A DNA stretch of 64,000 nt from Acidobacteriota bacterium (lineage in GTDB: Bacteria; Acidobacteriota; Terriglobia; Acidiferrales; UBA7541). How positions within the stretch are numbered: position 1 is the stretch's first letter; each line of letters opens with the position of its first letter. Position numbers and translations under genes: made by a program. The stretch is taken from positions 25,022 through 89,021 of the forward strand of contig PLUM01000099.1 in assembly GCA_003165465.1 (NCBI GenBank), written 5' to 3'. The notes under the pieces were generated by a model. It ran no database searches. It was not told the origin of the DNA and saw only the letters and a list, made by a program, of their open reading frames with translations. This document shows positions 46,705 through 56,926 of this stretch, piece by piece.

Positions 46705-49113
46705 CTACGGTTCGCCCGGCACGGGTCCAAACTCCAGCGGAGGGACACGGCGTTTGGAAGCCGCTTCGTAGGCCGAGGCTATTTTTAGAATGACGTCTTC
46801 CTTTCCGGGCTCGGCGCGAAAGACCAGGGAGAAGGGCAGGCCGGGCGGCGGCAGAGTGGTGGGCGTGTTGTTGTTCGTCGGAATATAGCGCTTTTTATCA
46901 GCGCTCAAAGTGAAGACGGGATCGTAGACCGTGCGCACGTACCCGGCGGGAATCAGGACTTCGGTGACACCGGAAAAAGGACCCATGCGAAGTTCGCCAC
47001 GCGTGTCATTCGGAGGCTCGGGCTGCGGCGCGAGGCCGATTTTTCCGGGCGCCAGGGAATAGTGGAGACGCACGACAGCGTCGAGGTGGTTTTCGTAGAT
47101 CACTTTCATTTCCACGCGGCGCAGTAACTCGCGCATCATGATGTGCTCGTCGATCCCTTGCCGATCGCCGAGCGCGTTGCGCATGTCATTCATCTCTTCC
47201 CAGTTCTTGAAGGCCGCCCGCTGATCGTCGCCCCAGAACTTCGAGCGCGCATTGAGCGCGGGGAAATCGACCAGGGTTTCGATGAAGCCGCGTTGTTTCC
47301 AATCGGCCGCGCGCCGCAGGGCGTATTGATTGAATTGAAGCGTAAAGGCGTTGGATTCCACCACCTCCTCGATGGCGCGAATGTTCAAGTTCTTGGGGAT
47401 GGCCGTCCGTCCTTCGGCCAGATCGAGGAAATAATCGATGGGCTTCATCGTGCCCGATCCGAGCGTTTTCCCGGGCGCAAACTCCGTCGGCTTGATTTTT
47501 GTGGCGAATTCGGGGAATTGAGGCTGGCCGTCGCGCGTGAGGCGATACAAAATGTCGGGAAAAAATACAGGGACCAGTTGCGCCAGGGCGTTTGTGTAGG
47601 ACGGCTTCATGCGTTCGATGCTGGGATCGCCGGGCCAGAGCGGATCGACGGACTCGACCAGCGTAGCGCCCAGGTAGTCGCCCAGAATGGCCTTGATTTC
47701 TTTGGTGGCGGCTTGCGAAATCGGTGCGTCCGCCTCTATGCCGGGGAACGTGAGCATCGATTCGCGGACAATGCCGATACGTATTCCGCGCAGCGAGCCG
47801 CGCGTGCCCGGCGAAACCGCGCTGGCGGCGTAGGGCTTGTCCAGAACGCTCGAGCGCGGAACAGTGGTGAAGATGTCGCGTGGATCGTAGTATCCGTTGG
47901 CCGGGTCCTTGAGCGCATCCAACACTTTGGCCGCGTCCTTCACCGTGCGGCACATGATGCCCGCGCGATCGAGGTAAATGTCCGCGCCGATTGCGCCGCC
48001 GAGAAATGATATTAGCGACTTGTGGGGCAGGATCAGCGCCACCGCGTTGTGATTGGAGGGGCCGCGGCAGGACATGCTCGTCTCTTCGCAAATGCTGCAC
48101 GTCGTGAGGTTGGAGCTGACCGAGACGCCCGAGCCGGAGCTTGAACCGAGAGATGCCGCGCGCGTCGTGTCATAGACATCGCTCGGATTTCCCGCCCAAG
48201 TGCTGCGCTGATATCCCTGGACCGAAACAAATACTTTTGTGGGCTTGTTTGCGCCTCGCTCGTCGCTCTCGCCGCCGCGAATGGCGGGGACCGGACGCCC
48301 GTTGTATTCGGTGTTCGCTGTTTTGGCGTAAATGATGGCGCCTTTTTCCCGAAGCTGCGCCACGAGCGTCTGGTCGCGAGCGGGGAAATCGATGTCGTAG
48401 TTGGCATCCCCGCCGCCCGTGCTGCGCATGTCCTTGGTGTCGTAGGAGTCCTTGAATGTGAATACGACGCAGTACATGGGCATTTTTGCCAGATCGGGAT
48501 TCCTGCCGTACTGCGCATCGAGTTCGGCCGCGCGCTCGAGCGCATCCGGCTGCTTACGGAATTCCTCGCACACTGCAGGCGAGCCGGACGGCAGCGGCCC
48601 GTCGGACGGACGGCGGTCGCGATCGCCCTTGCAGGTCACGGAGCGCTCGCCGCGGATATTGAGCGTGCCAAGTGCGTTGAGCTGGCCGGCATGGGGAATG
48701 CCGACGGTCATGCCGTATTGTTGCTGCACAGAGGGATCGGACGCGGTCGGCTCCATCCTGCCAAACTCAATCGGCGGTCCGGCATACTGATCGAAATTGG
48801 GCAGCAGCGTGGAGATGGCTACGGTTTCGGTGGGAAACTTGAGCGGCGAGCCTGCGCGAACCACTCCAGGCGCGGGCGGAATCGGCACTCCGTCCCTTGT
48901 GACCAGAACGTGGCTGACCCCGTTATAAGCCTTGGCTCGATTGACATAGAGCTGGACGAGTCCGCGGCAGGTGATCTGGCCGTCGCGGATGGCCCGATGA
49001 ACGTCGTCGATGGTCGCTTCCTGAAGGTGAAAGCGAGACTGCTGCGGATATGTGGCTTGTGCCGCCGCTAGAACTGCGGCAAGCAGAAACACTGCTTTTT
49101 TCGCCATGAACAT
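46705..49113 (-). CDS. amidase-signature family protein, exported, with about 300-aa C-terminal extension
   Basis: Signal peptide, Lys region FKDSYDTKDMRSTGG, and Ser-rich signature GSSSGSGVS. At 802 aa it is much longer than the roughly 480 aa I recall as typical. Confidence 0.8.
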   Translation of the reverse strand: MFMAKKAVFLLAAVLAAAQATYPQQSRFHLQEATIDDVHRAIRDGQITCRGLVQLYVNRAKAYNGVSHVLVTRDGVPIPPAPGVVRAGSPLKFPTETVAISTLLPNFDQYAGPPIEFGRMEPTASDPSVQQQYGMTVGIPHAGQLNALGTLNIRGERSVTCKGDRDRRPSDGPLPSGSPAVCEEFRKQPDALERAAELDAQYGRNPDLAKMPMYCVVFTFKDSYDTKDMRSTGGGDANYDIDFPARDQTLVAQLREKGAIIYAKTANTEYNGRPVPAIRGGESDERGANKPTKVFVSVQGYQRSTWAGNPSDVYDTTRAASLGSSSGSGVSVSSNLTTCSICEETSMSCRGPSNHNAVALILPHKSLISFLGGAIGADIYLDRAGIMCRTVKDAAKVLDALKDPANGYYDPRDIFTTVPRSSVLDKPYAASAVSPGTRGSLRGIRIGIVRESMLTFPGIEADAPISQAATKEIKAILGDYLGATLVESVDPLWPGDPSIERMKPSYTNALAQLVPVFFPDILYRLTRDGQPQFPEFATKIKPTEFAPGKTLGSGTMKPIDYFLDLAEGRTAIPKNLNIRAIEEVVESNAFTLQFNQYALRRAADWKQRGFIETLVDFPALNARSKFWGDDQRAAFKNWEEMNDMRNALGDRQGIDEHIMMRELLRRVEMKVIYENHLDAVVRLHYSLAPGKIGLAPQPEPPNDTRGELRMGPFSGVTEVLIPAGYVRTVYDPVFTLSADKKRYIPTNNNTPTTLPPPGLPFSLVFRAEPGKEDVILKIASAYEAASKRRVPPLEFGPVPGEP

Positions 49114-49161
49114 GGAGCCTCCGGAACTTCCGTCGCATTCAATTTCCCAGTAAAGGCAACC

Positions 49162-49992
49162 TCACTTCAAGAGTGCCGCGGCTACGGCGCGCATGTCCGG
49201 GGCGACGATGCCGGGCTTGGGACCGAGCGGAAGCAGGGAAATGCCGGGTCTTGCGACGAAAGCAGCCTGCCATCCCGCTTTCGTCGCGCCGAAAACGTCC
49301 CAGGCGTGCGCGGCGATGAGCAGGAGTTCGTCCGCCGGAACGCCGAGGTGCGCGGCAGCGCTTCGGTAGACTTGTATATCGGGCTTGAAGCGATGGACCG
49401 TTTCGACGGAAATGGATTCCTCGAAATAATCGGTCAGGCCCGCGTTCTGCAACTGCGCTTTAACCGCCGAGGGACTCGAATTGGTCAGGGTGACCATGCG
49501 GAATCCGGCGGACTTCAACTGTTTCAGGCTTTCGGGCACGTCTGGATGCGGAGGCAATGTGAGCACGCCCTGCAAAATGCGAGTAGTGTCATCGGCGGAT
49601 ACTTTTACGCCTTTGTTGTTTGCGAGCATTTCGAGGACTGCCCGTCCAACGGTGCCGAAGTCCGCGTATGCGTCCGCCACGGTCACGACCAGCGAGTAAT
49701 GCAGCAGCAGTGCAAACCACTCATCGAGCACCTTGCCGTCGCCAAACGCGCGCACGAAATGTGGACGAAGCGCATTCAGGTCCAGCATGGTCTGGTTTAC
49801 GTCGAAGACGAGCACTTTCGGCCTGGCCGGCGCTGTCGCATTGCCAGATTGCAAAGCGGCATCGCTCAGTGGAAAAGTTTTCAATGTTCCATGGCTGGCT
49901 TTAGGCAAAACCCCGAACCCGTCAGCCGTCATGGCGTATCCCAGCGAAGACGCGGCAAGCACAAATTTTCTTCTGGTGATGTTGGATTCCAT
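49162..49992 (-). CDS. HAD-superfamily type II (L-2-haloacid dehalogenase-like) hydrolase with Tat signal
   Basis: TRRKFVLAASS twin-arginine motif, FDVNQT nucleophile motif, LTNSS, KP, and AAHAWDVFGATKAG. The start is set at ATG 49992 with GAGGGAGA SD. Confidence 0.8.
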   Translation of the reverse strand: MESNITRRKFVLAASSLGYAMTADGFGVLPKASHGTLKTFPLSDAALQSGNATAPARPKVLVFDVNQTMLDLNALRPHFVRAFGDGKVLDEWFALLLHYSLVVTVADAYADFGTVGRAVLEMLANNKGVKVSADDTTRILQGVLTLPPHPDVPESLKQLKSAGFRMVTLTNSSPSAVKAQLQNAGLTDYFEESISVETVHRFKPDIQVYRSAAAHLGVPADELLLIAAHAWDVFGATKAGWQAAFVARPGISLLPLGPKPGIVAPDMRAVAAALLK

Positions 49993-50014
49993 CGGTTTCT
50001 CCCTCGCAAAAAAA

Positions 50015-50104
50015 GCCCCGGGTCTGATCCTTCGCATCGCTCAGGACGAGAGACCCGGGCTATGGCATTTGCGCATTGCTGTAGCCCGCCTCTTCAGAGG
50101 CGGA
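50015..50104. repeat. REP pair, family D
   Basis: GCCCCGGGTCT...AGACCCGGGCTAT ... GTAGCCCGCCTCTTCAGAGGCGG. Lies between the Tat-amidohydrolase and Tat-HAD genes. Confidence 0.8.
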
Positions 50105-50141
50105 GTCTTTCGTCAAGCGATGCAATACATTCCAGTGCGCA

Positions 50142-51284
50142 TCAAATCTTCAAAAGTTTTGCCGCTGTTCCGCCCAGGATCATCTTGCGCTGCTCGTTGC
50201 TCAAGCGGAGCTCCTCGACGTTTTCCACCGGGCGGTCGTAGCCGACAGGGAAGCAATAGTCGCTGCCCATTATGATTCGATCGACGCCCACCTGGGAGAT
50301 GATGTACTCCATGAGCGGCTTGGAATGCGCGATGGTGTCATACATGAAGCGGTGCAGATACGCGCTGGGCGTCTGCGCGGAGTGCTTGGCCGCGGGGATC
50401 ACGCTCCAGCCGTGGTCGAGACGTCCAACGATGTTGAGCAGCGAGCCTCCGGCGTGCGGCAGAACGATCACGAGATTGGGATGGCGGTCGAGCACGCCGC
50501 CAAAGATCAGATGGCTGGCGCAAACCGTGGTGTCCAGCGGATAAGCAACCAGGTTGGTCAGGGAAAAAGGTTGAAGGCGTTTCCCGCCGAGGATGGGCGG
50601 CAGGGGATGCAGAAAGACCGGGAGGCCAAGCGCCTCGATGCGTGCGAAGATCGGCTCGAAGAGAGAATCGTCCAGATCGCGGCCCTCGACGTTGGTGCCC
50701 ATGTACACGCCGCGAACGCCGGGGAGCTTGCTCGCGCGATTGACTTCGTCAATGGCGCGGTCGGGATCGAGCATGGGCAGCGTCGCGAGGACCACGAACC
50801 GGTCCGGATGGGCCAGGTGCGCGGCGACCGCACCGTCGTTCCAGGTCATGGCGAGCTTGTGGGAAAATTCGCCCTCCGCCCAATAGACCATTGGCCCCGT
50901 GAGCGAGAGCGCGTGGACGGCCACGCCTTGCGCGTCCATATCGGCGAGGCGCTGTTTCAGATCGATAAATTTCGCGGGGAGCGGGCCGTTCGATTCCGTG
51001 GGGGTCTTAAATGTAAAACCTTTCTCCGTCATGCGGAATTCGGAGTTGTAGCGTTGCCCCTCTTCGTTGAACAGATCGAAGAAGGTTTGAGGAAAGTAGT
51101 GAGCGTGAATGTCAATCGTGCGTACGCCGCTCGTCTTTGCCGGAAGGGGCGCGGGCGATGCAGGTTCAGCCAGCAGCGCTTTGCTTGCGGCTCCCATCGA
51201 GGTCACGGCCGCCGCAAGTCCTCCCTGCAGCACCGTTCGGCGCGATACTCCGTGATTACCATCGCATCCCGCTGCTTTCTTCAT
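50142..51284 (-). CDS. amidohydrolase_2 family protein with Tat signal
   Basis: SRRTVLQGG twin-arginine motif, IDIHAH metal motif, and GSDYCFP. The start is set at ATG 51284 because the ORF-track extension translates a REP element. Confidence 0.85.
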   Translation of the reverse strand: MKKAAGCDGNHGVSRRTVLQGGLAAAVTSMGAASKALLAEPASPAPLPAKTSGVRTIDIHAHYFPQTFFDLFNEEGQRYNSEFRMTEKGFTFKTPTESNGPLPAKFIDLKQRLADMDAQGVAVHALSLTGPMVYWAEGEFSHKLAMTWNDGAVAAHLAHPDRFVVLATLPMLDPDRAIDEVNRASKLPGVRGVYMGTNVEGRDLDDSLFEPIFARIEALGLPVFLHPLPPILGGKRLQPFSLTNLVAYPLDTTVCASHLIFGGVLDRHPNLVIVLPHAGGSLLNIVGRLDHGWSVIPAAKHSAQTPSAYLHRFMYDTIAHSKPLMEYIISQVGVDRIIMGSDYCFPVGYDRPVENVEELRLSNEQRKMILGGTAAKLLKI

Positions 51285-51381
51285 GGCATGGTCCTTTGTG
51301 ACCAGGAATTTTGATTTGAACAGGCGCTGATCCCGCACATCGTACGCTTTTCCCGTGCCCGGCACAACGAACATGCCATCG

Positions 51382-51458
51382 GTGGCACAGGCTTCAGCCT
51401 GTGTGGTTTTGATTTGAGGTAAGCGAAAGTGAAAAGAACACAGGCTGAAGCCTGTGCC
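51382..51458. repeat. REPIN-like doublet, family A (GTGG head variant)
   Basis: GTGGCACAGGCTTCAGCCTGTGTGG ... GAAAGTGAAAAGAACACAGGCTGAAGCCTGTGCC. Confidence 0.85.
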
Positions 51459-51567
51459 GCTGAAGAGCGCTCGTTCCGCTGTTTCACGGATGGATGGACA
51501 TCGCATCGCTTCCCGCGCGTGAGTTAAGGTATCTTATAGTTGTTGGAGATGCGATGCAGCCCAATCG

Positions 51568-51592
51568 ACTCCTGTCGAGTCCGACAGGGAGT
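51568..51592 (+). promoter_or_regulatory. 5'-UTR hairpin immediately upstream of the M16 peptidase SD
   Basis: GACTCCTGTCGAGTCCGACAGGGAGT forms a stem of about 10 bp and ends about 12 nt before GAGGAGA. Confidence 0.2.
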
Positions 51593-51617
51593 GGAATAAT
51601 CGTCGAGGAGAATCGGA

Positions 51618-54494
51618 ATGAATTGCGCACTATACACTCGTTTGCTGATCTTGTGCCTGTCCATTGGCGTTGCGGGAGTAACCGTTTTCAGCCAGGATAT
51701 GCAAAAGAATACGCCGTCCCAAAAAGCACCCGCGAAGCCGGCCACTTCTTCGGCGGATGAAAAGGAATCGCTCACTTTGCCTACGATCAAGTTTGAGAAG
51801 TACACGCTGGCGAACGGTCTGGTTGTGATTCTGTCCGAGGATCATCGCCTGCCGCTGGTCGCGACCAGTATCTGGTATCACGTTGGCCCGGCCAACGAAC
51901 TTCCCGGGCGCACGGGATTCGCGCACCTGTTTGAGCACATGATGTTCGAGGGCTCGAAGCACGTTCCGGGCAACACACACTTTCGCTTCCTGGAGGCCGC
52001 GGGCGCGTCGGACATTAACGGCACAACGGATTTCGACCGCACGAATTATTTTGAAACGCTTCCCGCCAATCAGCTGGAATTGGCGCTATGGCTCGAATCG
52101 GATCGCATGGGATATCTGCTGGACCAAGTGGATCAGCCCAGCCTGACGAATCAGCAGGACGTGGTGCGCAACGAGCGCCGCCAGAGCATTGAGAACAGCC
52201 CCTACGGCATCGTGGATGAGGGCGTATATCACCTGCTCTTTCCGAAGAGCCATCCGTACCATGCGGATGTGATGGGCTCGCACGCGGATATACAGGCGGC
52301 GAAGCTCGAGGACGTGCGCAATTTCTTTAAGCTCTACTACGCGCCGAATAACGCGAGCCTCGCGATCGTTGGCGATTTCGATCCGGCGCAAGCCAGGAAG
52401 TTTGTCGAAAAATATTTTGGGCCGCTGAAGCGCGGCGCGCCCGTGCCGAAGATTGCCGCCGTGACGCCGCCGATCACATCCGAGCGCCGCGCCGTGATCC
52501 ACGATCAAGTGGAGTTGCCACGCGTTTACATGGCCTGGCTGACGACGCCCATTTTCAAACAGGGAGATGCGGACGGCGATCTGGCAGGGGACATTCTTGG
52601 CGGCGGGAAATCCAGCCGCTTGTACAAGAAACTGGTCTATGAAAAACAGATTGCGCTGGACGTGAGCGCGTCGCAGCAATCGCTGACTCTCGGATCGGTC
52701 TTTGAAATTGTGGTCACGGCGCGGCCCGGTCACACGGCCGACGAGATGGAAAAGGCGATTGACGAAGAGCTGGCCGCATTCCGGAAGAACGGTCCGACCG
52801 CCGACGAGTTGGAACGCGCGCGAAACGGAGTCGAAACCGGAATGATTCAGGGACTCGAACGGCTGGGCGGATTCGGAGGCGTGGCCGATCGCTTGAACGA
52901 ATACAACCACTATCTTGGAAATCCGGGCTACTTTGCCGAGGACATCCACCGTTACCAGTCGGCGACACCGGCCTCGATCCGCGCGTTTGCCGAAGCGCAA
53001 CTGAAGCCGAGCGCGCGCGTCGTTGTCCAGGGAATTCCCGGCAAACCGGATCTCGGCCCGGATGTGCCAACGCCGAAAAATCTGCAAAAGGGCCAGAACA
53101 CGGGAGGGGAATCGGTGAACCCGGATGCGGCGTGGCGCGCGGATCCACCCTTGCCAGGACCCACGAGCGCGCTGAAACTTCCCGTTCCCGATGTTTTCAA
53201 GCTTTCCAACGGACTCACCGTGTATTACCGCTATCGCGCGGGCCTGCCCGTGGCGGCGGCGAATCTGGTGTTCAATACGGGGAGCGGCGCGAATCCCGTC
53301 GATAAGCCCGGCCTCGCCAGCTTCACGGCAAACATGCTGCAGCAGGGAACCGAAACGCGGAACGCCATGCAGATTGCCGATGAAGCGGCGCTGCTGGGCA
53401 CGGCGCTTTCGTCCAGCGCGACGATGGATGCATCGAGCGTGGGCATCAGTTCGCTGAGCAAGAATTTCGCGGGCGCGCTCGATCTGATGGCGGATATTGT
53501 TCTGCGGCCGACGTTTCCGCCCGACGAAGTCGAGCGGCGCCGCGCCTCGCGTCTCGCCGCGTTCACGGACGAGCGTTCGGACCCGGACCGGATCGTCGCC
53601 CGCACTGGAGTGTCCGCGCTTTTTGGGCCGCATCACCCCTTCGGATACGACAACTCGGGCACGGAAGCGTCGGTCAAGGCGATGACGCGCGAGGATATGC
53701 TGAATTTCTGGAAGACGTACTACGTGCCGAATAACGCGGCGCTGGTCGTCTCCGGGAATATTTCCGCCGATGAATTGAAGGTGCTGGCCGAAAGTAAATT
53801 CGGAGCGTGGAAGAGCGGCGAGATCTCGGTGCTTCAGCTCGGCGCTCCCGAAACGACAAAAGCGAAAATCGTTATCGTAGACCGGCCCGGCGCGCAACAG
53901 ACCATAGTGCGTCTGCTGCAGCTAGGCGTTGGCCGCGACACGCCCGATTATCCCGCGCTCGAAGTGATGAACTCCGAGCTGGGCGGCCTTTTTTCCAGCC
54001 GCATCAATCTGAATCTGCGTGAGGAGCATGGCTACACGTACGGGGCGGCCTCGTTTTTTGTTTACCGGCGCTCGCTGGGATATTTTGGCGTGGGCGGCGG
54101 CATACGGACGGATGCCACGGCTCCGGCCGTGACGGAAATCATGAAGGAAATCCGCCGCATGTTGGACACTCGAATGAACCCCGATGAACTGAGTCTGGCA
54201 AAAGATTCGCAATCGCGGTCCTTGCCGGGAATGTTTGAAACGAACAGCGGCGAAGCGGGCGCGCTTTCCGAAATCTTCGTGTACAACCTTGCACGCGACT
54301 ACTTTTCGAATTTGCCGGAGCGGCTCAATTCCGTTACGGCCGATGACGCCGAAGCTGTTGCTCGGAAATACCTGCGTCCCGACCAGATGGTTTTGGTTTG
54401 TGTGGGCGATCGCGCCAAAATCGAGCCGGAGCTTGTGAAGCTCAACCTCGGCGCCGTGGAAATCCGCGATGCCGACGGGAACGTCGTGAAGTAA
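51618..54494 (+). CDS. M16 (pitrilysin/insulinase) family zinc peptidase, tandem double-unit, exported
   Basis: HLFEH inverted zinc motif (HxxEH) in the first unit and a second M16-like pair in the C-terminal half. Signal peptide. GAGGAGA SD. Confidence 0.9.
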   Translation: MNCALYTRLLILCLSIGVAGVTVFSQDMQKNTPSQKAPAKPATSSADEKESLTLPTIKFEKYTLANGLVVILSEDHRLPLVATSIWYHVGPANELPGRTGFAHLFEHMMFEGSKHVPGNTHFRFLEAAGASDINGTTDFDRTNYFETLPANQLELALWLESDRMGYLLDQVDQPSLTNQQDVVRNERRQSIENSPYGIVDEGVYHLLFPKSHPYHADVMGSHADIQAAKLEDVRNFFKLYYAPNNASLAIVGDFDPAQARKFVEKYFGPLKRGAPVPKIAAVTPPITSERRAVIHDQVELPRVYMAWLTTPIFKQGDADGDLAGDILGGGKSSRLYKKLVYEKQIALDVSASQQSLTLGSVFEIVVTARPGHTADEMEKAIDEELAAFRKNGPTADELERARNGVETGMIQGLERLGGFGGVADRLNEYNHYLGNPGYFAEDIHRYQSATPASIRAFAEAQLKPSARVVVQGIPGKPDLGPDVPTPKNLQKGQNTGGESVNPDAAWRADPPLPGPTSALKLPVPDVFKLSNGLTVYYRYRAGLPVAAANLVFNTGSGANPVDKPGLASFTANMLQQGTETRNAMQIADEAALLGTALSSSATMDASSVGISSLSKNFAGALDLMADIVLRPTFPPDEVERRRASRLAAFTDERSDPDRIVARTGVSALFGPHHPFGYDNSGTEASVKAMTREDMLNFWKTYYVPNNAALVVSGNISADELKVLAESKFGAWKSGEISVLQLGAPETTKAKIVIVDRPGAQQTIVRLLQLGVGRDTPDYPALEVMNSELGGLFSSRINLNLREEHGYTYGAASFFVYRRSLGYFGVGGGIRTDATAPAVTEIMKEIRRMLDTRMNPDELSLAKDSQSRSLPGMFETNSGEAGALSEIFVYNLARDYFSNLPERLNSVTADDAEAVARKYLRPDQMVLVCVGDRAKIEPELVKLNLGAVEIRDADGNVVK

Positions 54495-54539
54495 GCCGGA
54501 GAAATAAGTGCTTTCGCGGGTCTTTTTCGCGTTGTTTTA

Positions 54540-54612
54540 GTAGCGTGGGCTTCAGCCTGCGGGGTTTGAGCCTTGCATGGCCGAAACCCACACAGGCTGA
54601 AGCCTGTGCCAC
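54540..54612. repeat. REPIN-like doublet, family A (hybrid arms)
   Basis: GTAGCGTGGGCTTCAGCCTGCGGGG ... AAACCCACACAGGCTGAAGCCTGTGCCAC. Confidence 0.85.
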
Positions 54613-54672
54613 CAAACCCCTTTTGTCCGTTGCTGCGAAAATTCAAATATTGAATGGCGTGGGATATGCGGA

Positions 54673-55077
54673 CTAGGTTTTCCGCAGGGGGCGCTGGCGG
54701 ACGAAGTCCACGATGTTTTGTGTGGATGTGCCGGGAAGGAAAATTTCGGCCACGCCCGCTTTTTTCAACGTGGGAATGTCGGCTTCCGGAATCGTTCCGC
54801 CCAAGAGCACGGTGACATCGCTCATCCCTTTTTGCCGGAGCAGATCGAGCAGTTGCGGGACGAGCGTGTTGTGCGCTCCGGAAAGAATCGACAGGCCGAT
54901 GACATCGACATCTTCCTGAACCGCGGCGGAAGCGATCATCTCGGGCGTTTGCCGCAGGCCGGTGTAAATCACTTCCATGCCGGCGTCGCGCAGCGCGCGG
55001 GCGATAATCTTCGCTCCCCGGTCGTGGCCATCCAGCCCGGGCTTTGCAATCAGAACGCGTATTCTTTTTTCAGGCAT
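54673..55077 (-). CDS. cobalamin-binding small subunit of acyl-CoA mutase
   Basis: DGHDRG (DxHxxG) B12 lower-ligand motif and SILSGAH...GG. 134 aa. Confidence 0.9.
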   Translation of the reverse strand: MPEKRIRVLIAKPGLDGHDRGAKIIARALRDAGMEVIYTGLRQTPEMIASAAVQEDVDVIGLSILSGAHNTLVPQLLDLLRQKGMSDVTVLLGGTIPEADIPTLKKAGVAEIFLPGTSTQNIVDFVRQRPLRKT

Positions 55078-55088
55078 CTGGTAAGGAA

Positions 55089-55125
55089 TTTAACACAGAG
55101 GACACAGAGAAAAGGGGAGAAAACC
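55089..55125. repeat. family F single arm
   Basis: TTTAACACAGAGGACACAGAGAAAAGGGGAGAAAACC, located in the 89-nt gap between the two mutase subunit genes. Confidence 0.7.
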
Positions 55126-55166
55126 GTGGATCGCGGGCAATTGCGTGCCATGGCTAATTGTGGGAT

Positions 55167-56822
<1,656 letters not shown>

Positions 56823-56849
56823 TCGTTTTGGAATCGTGCAGCGATTTCA

Positions 56850-56920
56850 GTAGCGCGGCTTCAGCCTGCGGGTTTTAGTGCGTGCAAGCGCTAAAATCCG
56901 CAGGCTGAAGCCCGCGCTAC
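56850..56920. repeat. REPIN-like doublet, family A (symmetric subtype)
   Basis: GTAGCGCGGCTTCAGCCTGCGGGTTTTAG ... CTAAAATCCGCAGGCTGAAGCCCGCGCTAC. Confidence 0.85.
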
Positions 56921-56926
56921 CAGGAC

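Noticed and set aside
52086-53897. 603-aa minus-strand ORF inside the M16 peptidase gene
   Set aside because: Antisense shadow ORF. The plus-strand frame carries the HxxEH peptidase motif and a signal peptide.
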